A DNA stretch of 64,000 nt from Octopus vulgaris (Eukaryota). Under the pieces are notes generated by a model. It was not told the DNA's origin and did no database searches. It saw nothing but the letters and a program-made list of their open reading frames with translations. The position numbers and the translations under genes are program-made. The stretch lies in the NCBI GenBank assembly GCA_951406725.2, contig OX597823.1, positions 49,786,001-49,850,000 on the forward strand, given 5' to 3'. Positions 1-13,848 of the stretch are shown here, piece after piece. Positions within the stretch are counted from its first letter, which is position 1, and each line of letters starts with the position of its first letter.

Positions 1-110
1 CACTAAGTTAAAAAAAAAAAAGTACTAGGGTTTATTCATTCGACTAAAAGTTCTTCGAGGTGGTACCCCAGCATGGCCACAGTCTAACGACTGAAACAAG
101 TAAAAGATAA
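1..110 (+). mobile_element. 3' tail of the abundant SINE family (see 8121-8570)
   Basis: CCCCAGCATGGCCACAGTCTAACGACTGAAACAAGTAAAAG matches the tail of full copies at 8500-8570 and 39170-39228. Confidence 0.75.
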
Positions 111-521
111 GATATATGGTACACACATTGATCTCAACATCTACCACATTAATCTCACCAGACAAGGTGTGACGACAAGGATTACAGCTATTGCTTCACC
201 TTGTTTTCATTAAGTATTGATAACATATTCATATAACATTCTGTGTTTACTGCATCTGATTTTGCAAATATTGCAAAAAAAATCTTTTAAAAACATGTTT
301 AATGAATAGTTTCATGTCTATGATGCTCATGTACATAGACACATTACACAAACACACACACACACATACTCAACAGATACACACACACATACATACACCC
401 ATACATTTGTGCAAATACATGCAGGACAGCTAGACATACACATGTGACTGTGAATCAAATTTCCTAAATTCACACCCATGCTAAGCATGGGTGTGAATTT
501 AGGAAATTCTATATATATACA

Positions 522-939
<418 letters not shown>

Positions 940-940
<1 letters not shown>

Positions 941-1130
941 ATTATAGAAAATCCATTCTGTCTGTGTGTGCGTATCTTCTAGGATCTCGGGCATCCTCCA
1001 TCCGATTGCGCTCAAATTTGATATGTAGATACTGATAGTATCAGGGCGTGTATAAGTCTTGAAAAAATTACAAAAATCAATTCCAGGTGAGAATGCAATC
1101 AATAAAGCCGTGGGAACGTGCATTTAAATG
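940..1130 (+). mobile_element. Possible 5' part of a non-autonomous Helitron-like element
   Basis: TCTGTCTGTGTG followed by CCGATTGCGCTCAAATTTG resembles Helitron-N/Lep1-type internal motifs; no 3' hairpin or CTAG end seen. Confidence 0.3.
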
Positions 1131-1134
1131 TTTG

Positions 1135-2910
1135 ACAACTCAGCACCGTCCATGCAAGATAGTTACAGAAAAAAGTGTCGGAGCAACAATATTGCCTTTA
1201 TTAACTTCGTTATCGATGGAAATTGGTTCTGATAGTGATCCATTGAAGTTAAGACGAGCTTTCATATCACTATGAAGTTGCTTAAACAAGTTGACAAATT
1301 GAGGTGGACATCCAAGTTTACCAAGAATGGTCCAGAGAACGGTCCTATTAACAGTGTTGAAGGCTTTTGTTAAATTGACAAATGCCTGGTAAAGAGCCAT
1401 TGATGTAAAGATGTTTGATGCATTTCACCTGGAGTTGACAAGCAGAAAAAAATCATGTCCATTGTGCCATGACTTGATCTAAAACCACACTGACTCTCTG
1501 GGGTGACAGAGGGGCATATCCACATTGTTGGCCAATTAAGTAAAAGTTTTGCAAAAACCTCACCGACTATTTTAAGCAGGCTTATACCTCTGTAATTGCT
1601 ACACTCGGATTTGGATCCTTTTCCTTTGAACAATGAAATTGAAATGGCATCAACAAGAGCACCCAACCAGAGATCTGATATTAGATGGTGGATCTCCGCA
1701 GCAAGCCTAATAACCCCAGTGGAGAAGAATTTCAACAGGAATGCTGTCAAGACCTCATACCTTCTCAGTATTTAATTCTTTATCTTTTTGATCTCATCTA
1801 TAGTTGGATGTTCCATCAGCTTATGAATGATATCCTTTGGGGCAGATTACTGATGGCATTTTCATCAGTAACTGAAGGATTGTAAAAGAGATCAGTGAAG
1901 TGCTCAGTCCAATATTTCGTGATACCCTCATGATCCTTGAAGAAAAAGCAGCTGTCTTTATACTTGAGAGGTACCACAAATGAAGACCGAGGACCAAACA
2001 CTTGTCTGATCAAGTCATATACTTTTTTCAGGTCTTTACTGTCATATGGTTTCTGGAGTTTTTCAGAAATATATGACCACCATTTGTTTTTTTTTTCATT
2101 TGTTGTATATTTCTTTGGAGTGATGATTTTATTCTTTTGAGAGACTGTAGTAAGGGCTTTTTGTCATCTGGGGCACCAAGGTATTTTTTGTGCAATTTAT
2201 TTTTATCTTCAAGAAGTTTATTGATCTGTTGATCATTTTCATAAAACCAGTCCCGATGTTTTCTGTCTCTGAGACCACGAGCCTCAATTCCAACATTGTA
2301 AATAGTGGTCTTAAATTGAGCCCAAGTTCCATCAAATTCTGCTTCTCCAATAACATTTCTAAGATTTGCTTGCACCTCAGAGTCCCTTAATTTCAACACA
2401 TCAATATGTTTAGGGACTTTTATTCCTCCAGATCTTATTCTACGCATGATGCAGAGTTTCAATTTACTCCGTATGAGCATACGGTCAGTCCCACATTTTG
2501 CACCTTGCATGACTCGGACAGTACAAACATCTCAAAGGTCTCATTTCCTGGTGATAAGGTAATCAAGAATAAGCCCATGTTTGGATCTTGAGTGCATCCA
2601 GGTAGCTTTATGGATATCCTTCTGATGAAAAACAGTGTTGAAGATGATGAAATCAAGTTCAGTGCAGAACTGAAGAAGACGGAGATCATTAGCATTCCTT
2701 TTGCCCAAACCATGTCTCCCTGTTGCATCCCAGGTCTCATAATTGCATTGGAATCGCCAAAAAGGAGGATCTTATCTGCATTTGAAATCAAAATCATAAC
2801 TGATCTGAGATCTTCATAGAAAGCCATAATAGATCCACTGCTGCTATTAAGAGTAGGAGCATAAACAGAGATAACAGTCATAAAACGATTGCCTGACAGA
2901 GGAGCTCGAA
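1135..2910 (-). mobile_element. Decayed RTE-clade LINE (APE endonuclease plus N-terminal RT), frameshifted and truncated
   Basis: Successive minus-strand ORFs give VISVYAPT, LLFGDSNA (GDFNA), CGTDRML (C.TDH.L), CSNYRGISLL, ESQCGFR and FVNLTKAFNTVNR..LW.IL.KLGCPP. Confidence 0.9.
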
Positions 2911-2912
2911 GA

Positions 2913-2945
2913 TATCAGGTTGGTGCAAAAGTAATGTCCGATTTC
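2913..2945 (+). mobile_element. Isolated mariner terminal inverted repeat (Hsmar1/cecropia-like)
   Basis: TA followed by TCAGGTTGGTGCAAAAGTAATG, close to the Hsmar1 TIR TTAGGTTGGTGCAAAAGTAATTGC; abuts the RTE 5' break. Confidence 0.65.
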
Positions 2946-3169
2946 TAGAAAATATGTTTCAGAGTAAATTTATCAATTTTTTAACCTCCTCTTATAGTTT
3001 TAAGATATCTCTGTGTCTAATTTGTACTATTTTCTTTCCGATTGTCTAACTTCTGGCTATAATTCTCAGAAAATTTTACCACTATGTTTGTCCCATCTAA
3101 AGATCACATAAGAAATGTTTTACTCTACAGGTTTCATATAGGTGTTAATGCAAGTGCGGCAGCAGGATC

Positions 3170-3353
3170 TATACTTGTTTCAGTCATTGGACTGCAGCCA
3201 TGCTGGGGTACTGCCTAGAAAGGTTTATTCAAATAAATCAACCCCAGGACTTATTTTTTTTAAAGTTTGGTACCCATTCTATTGGTCATTAAATTGCTGG
3301 GACATAAACAAACTGACACCAGTTGTCAAGTGGTGTGGTGAGACAAACACACA

Positions 3354-3355
<2 letters not shown>
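3170..3355 (-). mobile_element. SINE 3' half
   Basis: Reverse complement of the 8370-8550 segment. Confidence 0.75.
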
Positions 3356-3404
<49 letters not shown>

Positions 3405-3453
3405 CACACACCACACACAAACGTGTGTGTATCTGTGTATATTTATATATATA

Positions 3454-3838
3454 GTGGAGGCGCAATGGCCCAGTGGTTAGGGCAGCGGACTCGCGGTCAT
3501 AGGATCGCGGTTTCGATTCCCAGACCGGGCGTTGTGAGTGTTTATTGAGCGAAAACACCTAAAGCTCCACGAGGCTCCGGCAGGGGATGGTGGTGATCCC
3601 TGCTGTACTCTTTCACCACAACTTTCTCTCACTCTTACTTCCTGTTTCTGTTGTACCTGTATTTCAAAGGGCCGGCCTTGTCACTCTCTGTGTCACGCTG
3701 AATATCCCCGAGAACTATGTTAAGGGTACACGTGTCTGTGGAGTGCGCAGCCACTTACACGTTAATTTCACGAGCAGGCTGTTCTGTTGATTCGGATCAA
3801 CCGGAACCCTCGTCGTCGTAACCAACGGAGTGCTTCCA
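3454..3838 (+). mobile_element. Full-length tRNA(Arg)-like-headed SINE (body A + tail 1)
   Basis: A box TGGCCCAGTGG, GACTCGCGGTC anticodon-like arm, B box GTTTCGATTCC; CpG-rich (young); second copy at 10127-10455. Confidence 0.85.
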
Positions 3839-4019
3839 AAAACAAAAAAATTTATATATATCTATCTGTCTATCTATCTATCTATAGATAGATAGATCTA
3901 TATCTATATTTATCTATATACATACATATATATTATATAAATATATGCCAACAAGTAAATATATATAACAAAATTATGCTTTTCAAGGATTCACAAGCAT
4001 TAGAATGGATCCTCTAAAA

Positions 4020-4219
4020 CATTGGTTCTCAACTTAGGCTCTCAGGTTCACATATGACCCTCAAGCCTCCTTCCAGTGGCTCTTGATGGTCTTCCTTCTA
4101 TGAATATTATAAATTTTTCTTCAACTGACTTGTGCTTAACTTTTTTCGGGATGCAGGCCCCTAAAAAAAAATCTAGGTTTTAGTTTGGGCTTGGATATTA
4201 AAAAGATTGAGACCCTCTG
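4020..4219. mobile_element. Old hAT-type MITE
   Basis: CATTGGTTCTCAAC ... GATTGAGACCCTCTG degenerate TIRs; CTCTAAAA/TCCTAAAA flanks. Confidence 0.45.
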
Positions 4220-4379
4220 TCCTAAAACCTTTAAATATATTTTTTAAAATAGGCAATGCACCTCAGATGCAGTGTACCATTTCGGAGCCTTAGACTTAGA
4301 AGCCTTCTCTTTTGTTCAAAGGTTAGAAGGTAAATGTTTAAAAAAAATGTTAGGGTCTAAATAGGGTCTATTTAAAGCT

Positions 4380-4948
4380 GCATGTGGAATCCCTATCTTG
4401 CTCAGTATATCAGTCTCATGGAAACTGTTCAGAAACATGCAACTAGTCGAAGACACACTGTCAGGCATCTACCATACTCTGAATGTCTTGCTTCCCTGGG
4501 CATGAACACATTAAACCTCTGATGTTTAGCAACTGACTTGGTAGACAGCCGCAAGATTATCCACCATCTTTTCAACAACAGCCTTGTACACCTTTTTGAA
4601 TTCTATATGTCTAACACTTGTGGACATGCTTACAAAATCAAAGAAACAACACAATACCTATGACTTTTGGAAACTTTTTTACACTCAGAATTGTGAAAGC
4701 ACAGAATAAACGATCTACATTACTTATTAGCTGTTGGAACATTACATCCTTCAAAAACTCTTTCATGTTTCCTGAAATTCACAAACAGTATACCTGATGC
4801 CTTCCCACTAATCCTTTTTTTAAAATGATTCCTTCCTTGTTTAATTTCTGTACATTATTCTATTTTCTGTTCATGCGCTTTTGACTGCCTTTTCAGATGT
4901 GTTGTAGTGTACCTGAGCAGTGTATACAATAAGTTCATTATTATTATA
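4380..4948 (+). mobile_element. 3' end of a CR1-like LINE
   Basis: Encodes decayed NT.GHAYKI..F.TLR...N....SFK motif; (ATT)n tail; homologous to 14380-14940 and 20341-20535. Confidence 0.75.
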
Positions 4949-5512
4949 ATTTTTTTTTTTAAGAGAAGTAAGTTTGAAGACCAGGTCATTCACTGCAACA
5001 GCAGAGAAGTTTGCTGCAAGCATCAAATACCATGGAAAATATTATAGTTGAATAAATCAGTTATTCAATGGTGAAATAGTTAAATCAGACTGCATAGCAT
5101 TTCCGTAGTATCTCTTAAACATTACTAATATCACACTATCAGATAATAAAACCAGGATGTTGAGTGAGGAAAGAATTCCTTTTGCACCAAATTTAGATGG
5201 AAGTCTTTTAACAATAACATCAAATAAGCTCATTATCAATTCTCTTACATAGATTGTGTAAAAGTAATAGAACCTACCTACTTGAAATGATTCATCAATT
5301 TGTGTTTAGTAAAGATTCCTTGGTTGCTATCTCAATTTACTTAGTGTATAGAAAATGCAGTTACAGAGCTATATAATCTTCTTGAGATGCTACTCAATAT
5401 ATGGGACACCAATTGAACATAATGCTTTCACAATATTAAATTTGTATCTTATATACTTTGGTGTAGGCCAAACTAATCTATGAATTTCTCATTGAATATA
5501 TATATTTATTAA

Positions 5513-5660
5513 TCATGACATAATTCCTAACATCTTTAAAACCTGGCTCTTTTTATCATCCTTCATACTGCTGCATATAAAAGTGCCTTGTGTCATCAAA
5601 TGAGATATTTCTGTCTCAGTAAGACTACAACTTCTATAGTCCTTTGTTCTCCTTCCAATG
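5513..5660 (-). CDS. Candidate terminal coding exon of an unidentified host gene ([48 protein letters not shown])
   Basis: Acceptor ttatgcattcAG, open non-repetitive frame to TGA, AATAAA just after the stop; no homology recognised. Confidence 0.35.
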
Positions 5661-5679
5661 CTGAATGCATAAATAAATA

Positions 5680-5682
5680 TAT

Positions 5683-5777
<95 letters not shown>

Positions 5778-5875
5778 CATATATATATATATAAACACAC
5801 ACACACTCATATACATACATACATACATATACATACATATATTATATATATATATATATATATATACATACATAC

Positions 5876-5907
<32 letters not shown>

Positions 5908-6050
5908 AACACACACACACTCATATACATACATACATATATACATACATATATTATATATATATATATACATATATACATACATGCATGCATACATACT
6001 TATATACATATATACATATATATATTAATATATATGTGTGTGTGTGTACA
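5680..6050. repeat. (TA)n/(CATA)n compound microsatellite with internal duplication
   Basis: Directly visible. Confidence 0.95.
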
Positions 6051-6529
6051 TATTCATTCTATCTTGTAGAGATTCTCATAGTTTTCTCAACAGCTTATTT
6101 ACCATTCTTCCAGTAACCCTGCCATATATCTAATTCTCCTACTCCTGTTGTGACTCATGCTTGCTTTTTGGAATGATAAAAATATAGTGCTGAATTGCTT
6201 GTCCTTGGGGGTAACACCTACATACAACCTAATAAATAAAATATGTAATGTAACTCATTCTATTCTTAACTTGAAACATTTGGCACCGTCTTGCTGCAAG
6301 ACTAGGAAGCTTGACAGTTTTCTTACCCTACATAATTGCCATATGCACACATGTTGCACTATTTTCTGAGGATAGACCTTTTATAATTTAGCTTGGAATC
6401 TCCTTATTTTCTTTTATACTTATCATCATGTATCCATTTCTGCATTAATATATAAATACCATTTGACCAATAATACACCCACACACATGTATACATACAC
6501 ACACACACACACACACATAGTTTTTTTAT

Positions 6530-6735
6530 TCTTTAATTTGCTTCAGTCATTTGACTGTGGCCATGTTGGAGCACCACCTTGAAGGATTTTAGCTGAACAA
6601 ATTGACCCCCAGTACTTATTGTTTAGGCCTAGTACTTATTCTGTCAGTCACATTTGCTGAACTGTTAAGTTACAGGGAAATAAACACATCAGCACCGGTT
6701 ACCAAGCAGTGATGGTGGGGCCAAATACAAACACA
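6530..6735 (-). mobile_element. SINE 3' half
   Basis: TTCAGTCATTTGACTGTGGCCATG family tail in reverse orientation. Confidence 0.7.
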
Positions 6736-6767
6736 CATACATAGACATCTATCTATCTATCTATCTA

Positions 6768-6827
<60 letters not shown>

Positions 6828-7064
6828 ATATATATATATATATATATAGGCTATATTGGATCTCTGAGCAAGGTGTAAACAGTAGCAATACGGAATTGTA
6901 ACATATAATTGCAAACCAAGAGTGGCATCCTATACAGGACAGTGCTACTGATATTTATAGCCCCAGGAAGACATCTCTTCCAGCAGGCTAACAGCACACA
7001 TTCTGTGTCCGATTATTATTTGCAAGGGGAGGTCATTGCTCCAATCCCTAGCCTTACATGATAT

Positions 7065-7109
7065 ACACAGACTTGAGTTTCTGAGTGGTTACTCATCCTC
7101 AGCATGTGT
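7065..7109 (-). ncRNA. Type I hammerhead ribozyme motif in a Penelope-like remnant (~6850-7400)
   Basis: Minus strand: acacatg CTGAGGA tgagt-aacc-actca GAAA C-TCAA-GTC tgtgt. Confidence 0.65.
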
Positions 7110-7395
7110 TAATCATCAGCTAGTGATGAAAACTCACCCCACTCATAAAATATTATATACTTTTTCCAGCGCCGAATGTGTGTCACAGGTGTGTGAATAT
7201 ATGCCGAGTAGGGAGTTTGGAATGGGGTATCAGATAATTAATACCAGGAGATACATAAACAATGAATGTGTCCGAGTCCATTACATTACACAAGGGTAGA
7301 GGGCCGCGAGGTGGCCTGATAGTGAGGCCGAAGGCCTTAAAAGTGCCCTCCACAGAAGCTAACCTGAATGCCACCCAAAGGGCAGCTTCAACACT

Positions 7396-7550
<155 letters not shown>

Positions 7551-8120
7551 CACACACACACATAAATATATATATACATATGCATGTGTCATTGTGCATA
7601 TGTGTCTAACAAAGCAGTTCAGCAAAAAAGAAAATGATAATTACTCAGATTGATTTGTTCGACCAAAATTCTTCAAGGTGGTTCCCCAGCATGGCTGCAG
7701 TCTAATGACTAAAAGAAAAATGCAAGATAAAAAGCATTCACAAGAAAATCAATTTTTTCCTCAATCGTGTATATAAAAATAACACATTGCTGTGGTGTCA
7801 TTTTGTAATGGGGCAGATTTGTTTGACTAAAACTCTTCAAGGCAGTGCCCCAGCATGGCCACAGTCTAATGATGGAAAGAGATGAGGTGAAAGTGGCTGT
7901 GAAAATTGGGAACAATAGTGCACACCTGAATTTTTTGAGAAAGGATTCGATAGTCTGGTTTCACAACAATGCTGCAAATACATCGCGTGTGATGTAGACT
8001 GTATTGAGTAATTGCTTCCCAACTACATGCTTATGGGTTCAGTTCTACTGCATGGCACCTTGGGCAAGTGTCGTCTACTATAGTCTCATGTGAGTGTATT
8101 TGACAGACAGAAACTGTCTA

Positions 8121-8286
8121 GGCGCAGGAGTGGCTGTGTGGTAAGTTGCTTGTTTACCAACCACATGGTTCCGGGTTCAGTCCCACTGCGTGGCACCTTG
8201 GGCAAGTGTCTTCTGCTTTAGCCTCGGGCCGACCAAAGCCTTGTGAGTGGATTTGGTAGACGGAAACTGAAAAGAAGCCCGTTGTA

Positions 8287-8342
<56 letters not shown>

Positions 8343-8570
8343 CATGTATGTGTTTGTGTGTCTGTGTTTGTCCCCCTAGCACTGCTTGACAACCGATGCT
8401 GGTGTGTTTATGTCCCCGTTACTTAGCGGTTCAGCAAAAGAGACCGATAGAATAAGTACTGGGCTTACAAAAGAATAAGTCCCGGGGTTGAGTTGCTCGA
8501 TTAAAGGCAGTGCTCCAGCATGGCCACAGTCAAATGACTGGAACAAGTAAAAGAGTAAAGAGTAAAGAGT
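8121..8570 (+). mobile_element. Full-length abundant SINE with internal (TA)n/(TG)n
   Basis: GGCGCAGGAGTGGCTGTGTGGTAAG head, GGTTCAGTCCC B-box-like, GCACCTTGGGCAAGTG core, (AGTAAAG)n tail; many copies in window. Confidence 0.88.
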
Positions 8571-8899
8571 AAACTGAAAGAAGTCCATCATGTGTGTGTG
8601 TGTTTTGAAAATCAGTACGTTTTCAATGGCTTTTCTTATAAGATTGATAAAGGAAGTTGAGTTTAACCCTAGGCATTAAGAGCTGCTGTGGATGTTGAGT
8701 AGCACAGGAGGCTAATTCAGCCTCCTGTGCAGCCCTGAAATTTTCTGTTTTTGAGTTAGCTTGCAATGTCACAGATACCAAGCTAATATCAAGAACTTGC
8801 CCTTTCCTTTGAACAATAATGGTGCCTTGAAGAAGGAAGAATGGCTGCATGAGAAACTAGTGGATTCCATAAGAGTTGCACATATCTACTATCCTTCAT

Positions 8900-9110
8900 C
8901 TTTTACTTGTTTCAGTCATGTGGCCCATGCTGGGTTACCATCTTGAAGAACTTTTAGTGGAATGAATCGATTCTAGCATTTATTTTGTTTCAGGCCTGAT
9001 ACTTATCTTATCAGTCTCTTTTGCTGAACTGCTAAGTTATGAGGATGTAAACACACCAACACCACTTGTCAAGCAGTGGTGGGAGCCAAACACAGACAAA
9101 GACACACACA
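8900..9110 (-). mobile_element. SINE 3' half
   Basis: Reverse copy of the family tail. Confidence 0.7.
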
Positions 9111-9119
9111 CTGGTTATT

Positions 9120-9535
9120 TACTGTGCTTGAGAAGACATGTCAAGCTAAGTTAAATCATAGTCATGACCAGTACTGGTGACACATAAAAAACACCTGTGC
9201 CAGTGACATAAAAGCTACCTGTGCCAGTGAAACATAAAAAAATACCTGTGCCGGTAGCATGTAAAAGGCACCTGTGCTGGTGATATGTAAAAGGCACTTG
9301 TGTAAGTGGCATGTAAAAGGTACTCATGCCGGTGACACGTAAAAGAGCATCTGTGCCGATGACATGTAACAGACACCCTGTATACTCTGTAAAGTGGTTG
9401 GCATTAGGAAGGGTATCCAGCCATAGAAACCAAGCCAAAACAGATGACTGGAGCCTGGTACAACTCTCCAGCTTACAAGCACAGGTCAAACTGTCTAACC
9501 ATGTCAGCATGGAAAACAGACATGATGATGATGAC
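9120..9535 (+). mobile_element. Non-autonomous retroelement with ~22-bp internal minisatellite and GGAAGGGCATCCAG...(GAT)n tail
   Basis: Repeated GTGCCRGTGACAYGTAAAAGCAC units; same structure at 33780-34200, 55340-55590 and 61600-61990. Confidence 0.7.
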
Positions 9536-9923
9536 GTAAAACTCATTTTTGCCAGCTGAATGAACTGGAGGAACATAAAATAAAGTGCCTTGCCCAAGGC
9601 CACAATGCCCTAGTGGTTGTCACATGCACAACCTTATGATCATGAACCAAATACTGTAACCACTAAGCCATGCACCTTCACAATTATACTGGGCTATAGA
9701 AACAGTTTGCGTTTTAATTTTTTAAATGTCACTTTTTGAAATAAAAGAATTATTACACATTTGGTATGACATAAAAATTGGTGTGAGTAATCTATAACAC
9801 AGCATTTTTGTGAAATGCTTAGTTAAGCTGAATGGGAATGGTTGTGGCTTTAAGGTATGTGTGATGTTAGCCAATTTTCTTGTTTCCTTTAAAGGGCAAA
9901 GAAACAATTTTAGTCACTCTTAC

Positions 9924-10037
9924 CTTTCTTAGAATTATTTGGTCATGTAAATGATGATGCAACAGTACACGAGACATTGTTAACTCTTTAATTATGGGAT
10001 TAAATTTCGTGGCTATTCCAGTAATGATGTTAAATGT
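9924..10037 (-). CDS. Candidate internal coding exon, 114 bp, phase 0-0 (TFNIITGIATKFNPIIKELTMSRVLLHHHLHDQIILRK)
   Basis: Acceptor ttttattttatggcAG, strong donor AAG|GTAAGA, only one open frame. Confidence 0.45.
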
Positions 10038-10126
10038 CTGCCATAAAATAAAATTGGTATTTTCTGCAAGTCATGTTGCCTTAACAAACTTGTCATATCT
10101 CAACAAAAGCAAATAGTTTCAGATAT

Positions 10127-10455
10127 GGATGGAAGCACTCCGTCGGTTACAACGATGAGGGCTCCGGTTGATCCAAATCAACGGAACAGCCTGCTCGTGA
10201 AATTAACGTGTAAGTGGCTGAGCCCTCCACAGACACGTGCACCCTTAACGTAGTTCTCAGGGATATTCAGCGTTACACAGAGAGTGACAAGGCCAGCCCC
10301 TTGAAATACAGGTACAACAGAAACAAGAAGTAAGAGAGAGAGAAAGTTGTGGTGAAAGAGTACAGCAGGGATCACCACCATCCCCTGCCAGAGCCTCATG
10401 GAGCTTTTAGGTGTTTTCGCTCAATAAACACTCACAACGCCCGGTCTGGGAATCA
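10127..10455 (-). mobile_element. 5'-truncated copy of the 3454-3838 SINE
   Basis: High-identity reverse complement. Confidence 0.85.
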
Positions 10456-12303
10456 GATATGACATTCTTGAACAAAAGACAGACTGGTAAATAAAATTGC
10501 CTTCAGCAGTTAAGAGAAATGAAATTTTGAGTGGATATTTTTGATTTTTGCAGTAAAAGGATTAATATTTGCTTGTTCTGTTCATTTAGGAAGGTGAAAA
10601 CATTTCCTGCTTAAAATATCACACAAGGGAAACTCTCACTTTGTGTGCATGCATGTGTGTGTGTGTGTGTGTGTAAATAAAACATTAATTACTTTGAGGC
10701 TACTGTGAAATGAAAAGTGTTATTGTATTCTTTGAGACTGAATTCATTATTTGTTGAACAGCCTTACTACATGACTTTAGAACTGCCCATAGAGGCACAA
10801 CCAGAAATATCTATATTCTATCAAGTGAATTTGGAATTTTAAAGAAAATATAGCTAGAATAAAGTTATTTTTTAATGGAAATTTATTTTCTTGCAATTAT
10901 TGATAAATTATATGCATTTTTATAAGCAAAAAATTATTGATTTCATAACAAGGAACAACAACTACAATGTAATCCTCATCTTGAATTTGCAACATGGCTC
11001 ACCAAATGATGACAAATTGCAAGAGCTAAAACATTTCAGTGACCAGCTCACTTTAAGTCACGTAGATCTTGAGTTGATGAAAATAATAATAATTATTGCT
11101 AATTGAAATGAGAAATAAACACTTGTGTTATGTAATAAATTTTGATTTAATTAACAATGGTCAGTGACATAAATTATTAAAGCATATAAATAACTTCATT
11201 GCCAATAAATTTAAATTTAAAATTAAAAGTAATATAAAGTAAAATCACTTAAAATTGTGCCTTTTCTGAACAGCCCTACTACATAATTCAGTACTGCTCA
11301 TAGAGATACAGTCACAAGTGGATATATTTTACTGAATAATTTGTTTAAAACAAAGATCAATATGAAGTTATTTATAAAAAGCAAGTAATCCCTCCAACCC
11401 ACATCCCACCAAGCCCTTCATTAGAAAACCGAAAAATTGTATTATTGTACAAACTTGTTTACTTTATTTTAAAATTGTAGTATTAATAATTCCAATATGA
11501 AAGTAGATTAATTGTCAATGAAATTATGAAACCTGAAAGATTTATGTGTCTGTAAATTTTATTTTTTAATTGATATATAAAAACAATTAAAAAATATTTA
11601 ATTCAATGGGACCAAAACTACGAAATTCCTCATAGTGTCATTGATAAATTTTTCCTTACTTTAATGACACCAGTGACATATATTAAAAGTCCCCTTGTAG
11701 AAATATATTCATAAAAAGTATAGAACTATATTGTCACCCACAAATTTGAGAAACAAACACTCATAATTTTTTTTTATTTTAGAATTTCATTGCATGAGAC
11801 TGATACCATGAAATTCCTTGAATTGAGCTCTCTCATTTAAGCTTAATTAAGATAAAATTTCTTTTTAAAATAAAAAAAGTTAATTATACTTAAATCCAAA
11901 TTTTTGCTTTATATGTTTTTTCATGATATTTTACCTCACACCTTTTTTTATACAAATTTTTGTAGCATAGAACAAAAACTACGAAATTCCTCATGCTTTC
12001 TTCTATCATTTGAGCTAAGATATATATATATTTTGCTTTTAAAATAAAAAAAGTTATTTAGATCTAAACTTGATTGGAGTTGTTACTTACTCTCCCATAA
12101 TGTTGCTATAAATTTTGATGTAAACTTTTTTCTACTGGACCAAATCTCAATTTTTTATGCCAAAATGTAGCTAGATACTTAAAAAATGTTAACAGTTTTC
12201 AATTTGGTCAAGAACTGAATTAGCGACAAAGTCTGAAAGAGGCTGCATGTGAGTAATCTACAACCTTAAGAATATTATTCAACTACTACAGTAGTTAAAT
12301 GAT

Positions 12304-12352
<49 letters not shown>

Positions 12353-12617
12353 GAAGATGCACAAAGTGACAGCACACCTTTGATGCAAGTCTGATGAAGT
12401 GCCATTCTACAGTCTAAAACCAAGAACGTTATGCAAATTTATACATCAAATGTTTGCATAAACTGGCGTTGCAAGCAGAGTTGGTACAGAAACAATTGCA
12501 ATGAATCATTAAAGATGAGTTAAAGAATTTTCTTTGTCTTATTGTCATTCAGATTATAATTCACCCTTCAGATTTGCATCAAAGGTGTGCTGTCAGATTG
12601 TGCATCTTCCAGACATT
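12353..12617 (+). mobile_element. Penelope-like pLTR remnant with hammerhead motif and ~43-bp inverted segment
   Basis: 12353-12395 is inverted at 12568-12609; CTGATGA at 12391 and GAAACAATTGCA at 12489. Confidence 0.6.
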
Positions 12618-12682
12618 TATTACTTTGAGGCTGCCGTGAAATAAGAAATATTACTGTATTCTTTGGGACTGAATTCATTATT

Positions 12683-13378
12683 TGGAGTGGCTGTGTGTGA
12701 TAAGAAGCTTGTTTCCCAACCACATGGTTCCGGGTTCAGTCCCACTGCATAGCACCTTGGACATGGGTCTTCTACTATAGCCTTGGGCCGACCAAAGCCT
12801 TGCGAGTGGATTTGGTAGACAAAAACTGCCAGCATGGAAAACAGACATTAAATGAGGATGATGGTGGTGGTGATGGTGGTGGTGGTTGTGGTGGTGGTGG
12901 TGGTGGTGATGATGGTGATGATGATGATGATGACGATGACGACATACACACAGGGTGTTCAAAAAGTCTCTCTGCCATAAGTATTTTATTGCGAAATAAA
13001 TATTTATAAGATGTTATAAGACTACAAACAAATACATTAGACTTTACAAGACTTCAAAAAACTTTATAAGTGGTGTTGAAAGTGTTGTCCTTCATTTTCA
13101 ATGCATAAATTGACTCTTCTACACATGTTTTGAAATACATCTTGGAGAGTCTGATGTGGTATGGGCCGTGTGAATGTTATGATTGCATCTTTTTGCTCAT
13201 TAATGATTTTCGAGTGATTCCTGGACACTGATCCTTTACTTGCTACCCAGAAAAAAAAAGTCTGGCAGTGTTAAATCAGGTGATCTTGGAGGCCAAAGTC
13301 CCTTCAAAATAATCTGTTACCCGAAAAACTCATGTAAAACTCACTGCAGAGAAACCTTTTGGATACTCTGTGTTTGTG

Positions 13379-13441
<63 letters not shown>

Positions 13442-13442
13442 A

Positions 13443-13494
<52 letters not shown>

Positions 13495-13515
13495 TATATA
13501 TATATACTCACGGAG

Positions 13516-13549
<34 letters not shown>

Positions 13550-13752
13550 ATGATATATATATATATACATATATATATATATGTATGTATGTATTTGTCT
13601 TTGTTTATCCATCCATCATTGCTTGACAATCAATGTTGGTGTGTTTACATCCCTGTAACTTAGTGGTTCAGCAAAAGACACTGATAGAATAAGTACTAGG
13701 CTTATAAAGAATAAGTCCTGAAGTCGATTTGCTTGACTAAAGTAAAAGAATA
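12683..13752 (+). mobile_element. SINE apparently split into 5' half (12683-12830) and 3' half (13590-13752) by nested insertions
   Basis: Both halves match the 8121-8570 consensus in the same orientation. Confidence 0.6.
12950..13330 (-). mobile_element. Tc1/mariner transposase 3' end with right TIR
   Basis: Minus strand WPPRSPDLTLPDFFFW and NEGQHF motifs; CAGGGTGTTCAAAAAGTC terminus. Confidence 0.75.
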
Positions 13753-13760
13753 AAAGAAAA

Positions 13761-13831
<71 letters not shown>

Positions 13832-13848
13832 TGTATGTATGTATGTAT

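Noticed and set aside
3454-3530. tRNA-Arg-like sequence
   Set aside because: It is the head of a multi-copy SINE; the cloverleaf is imperfect and continues into the SINE body
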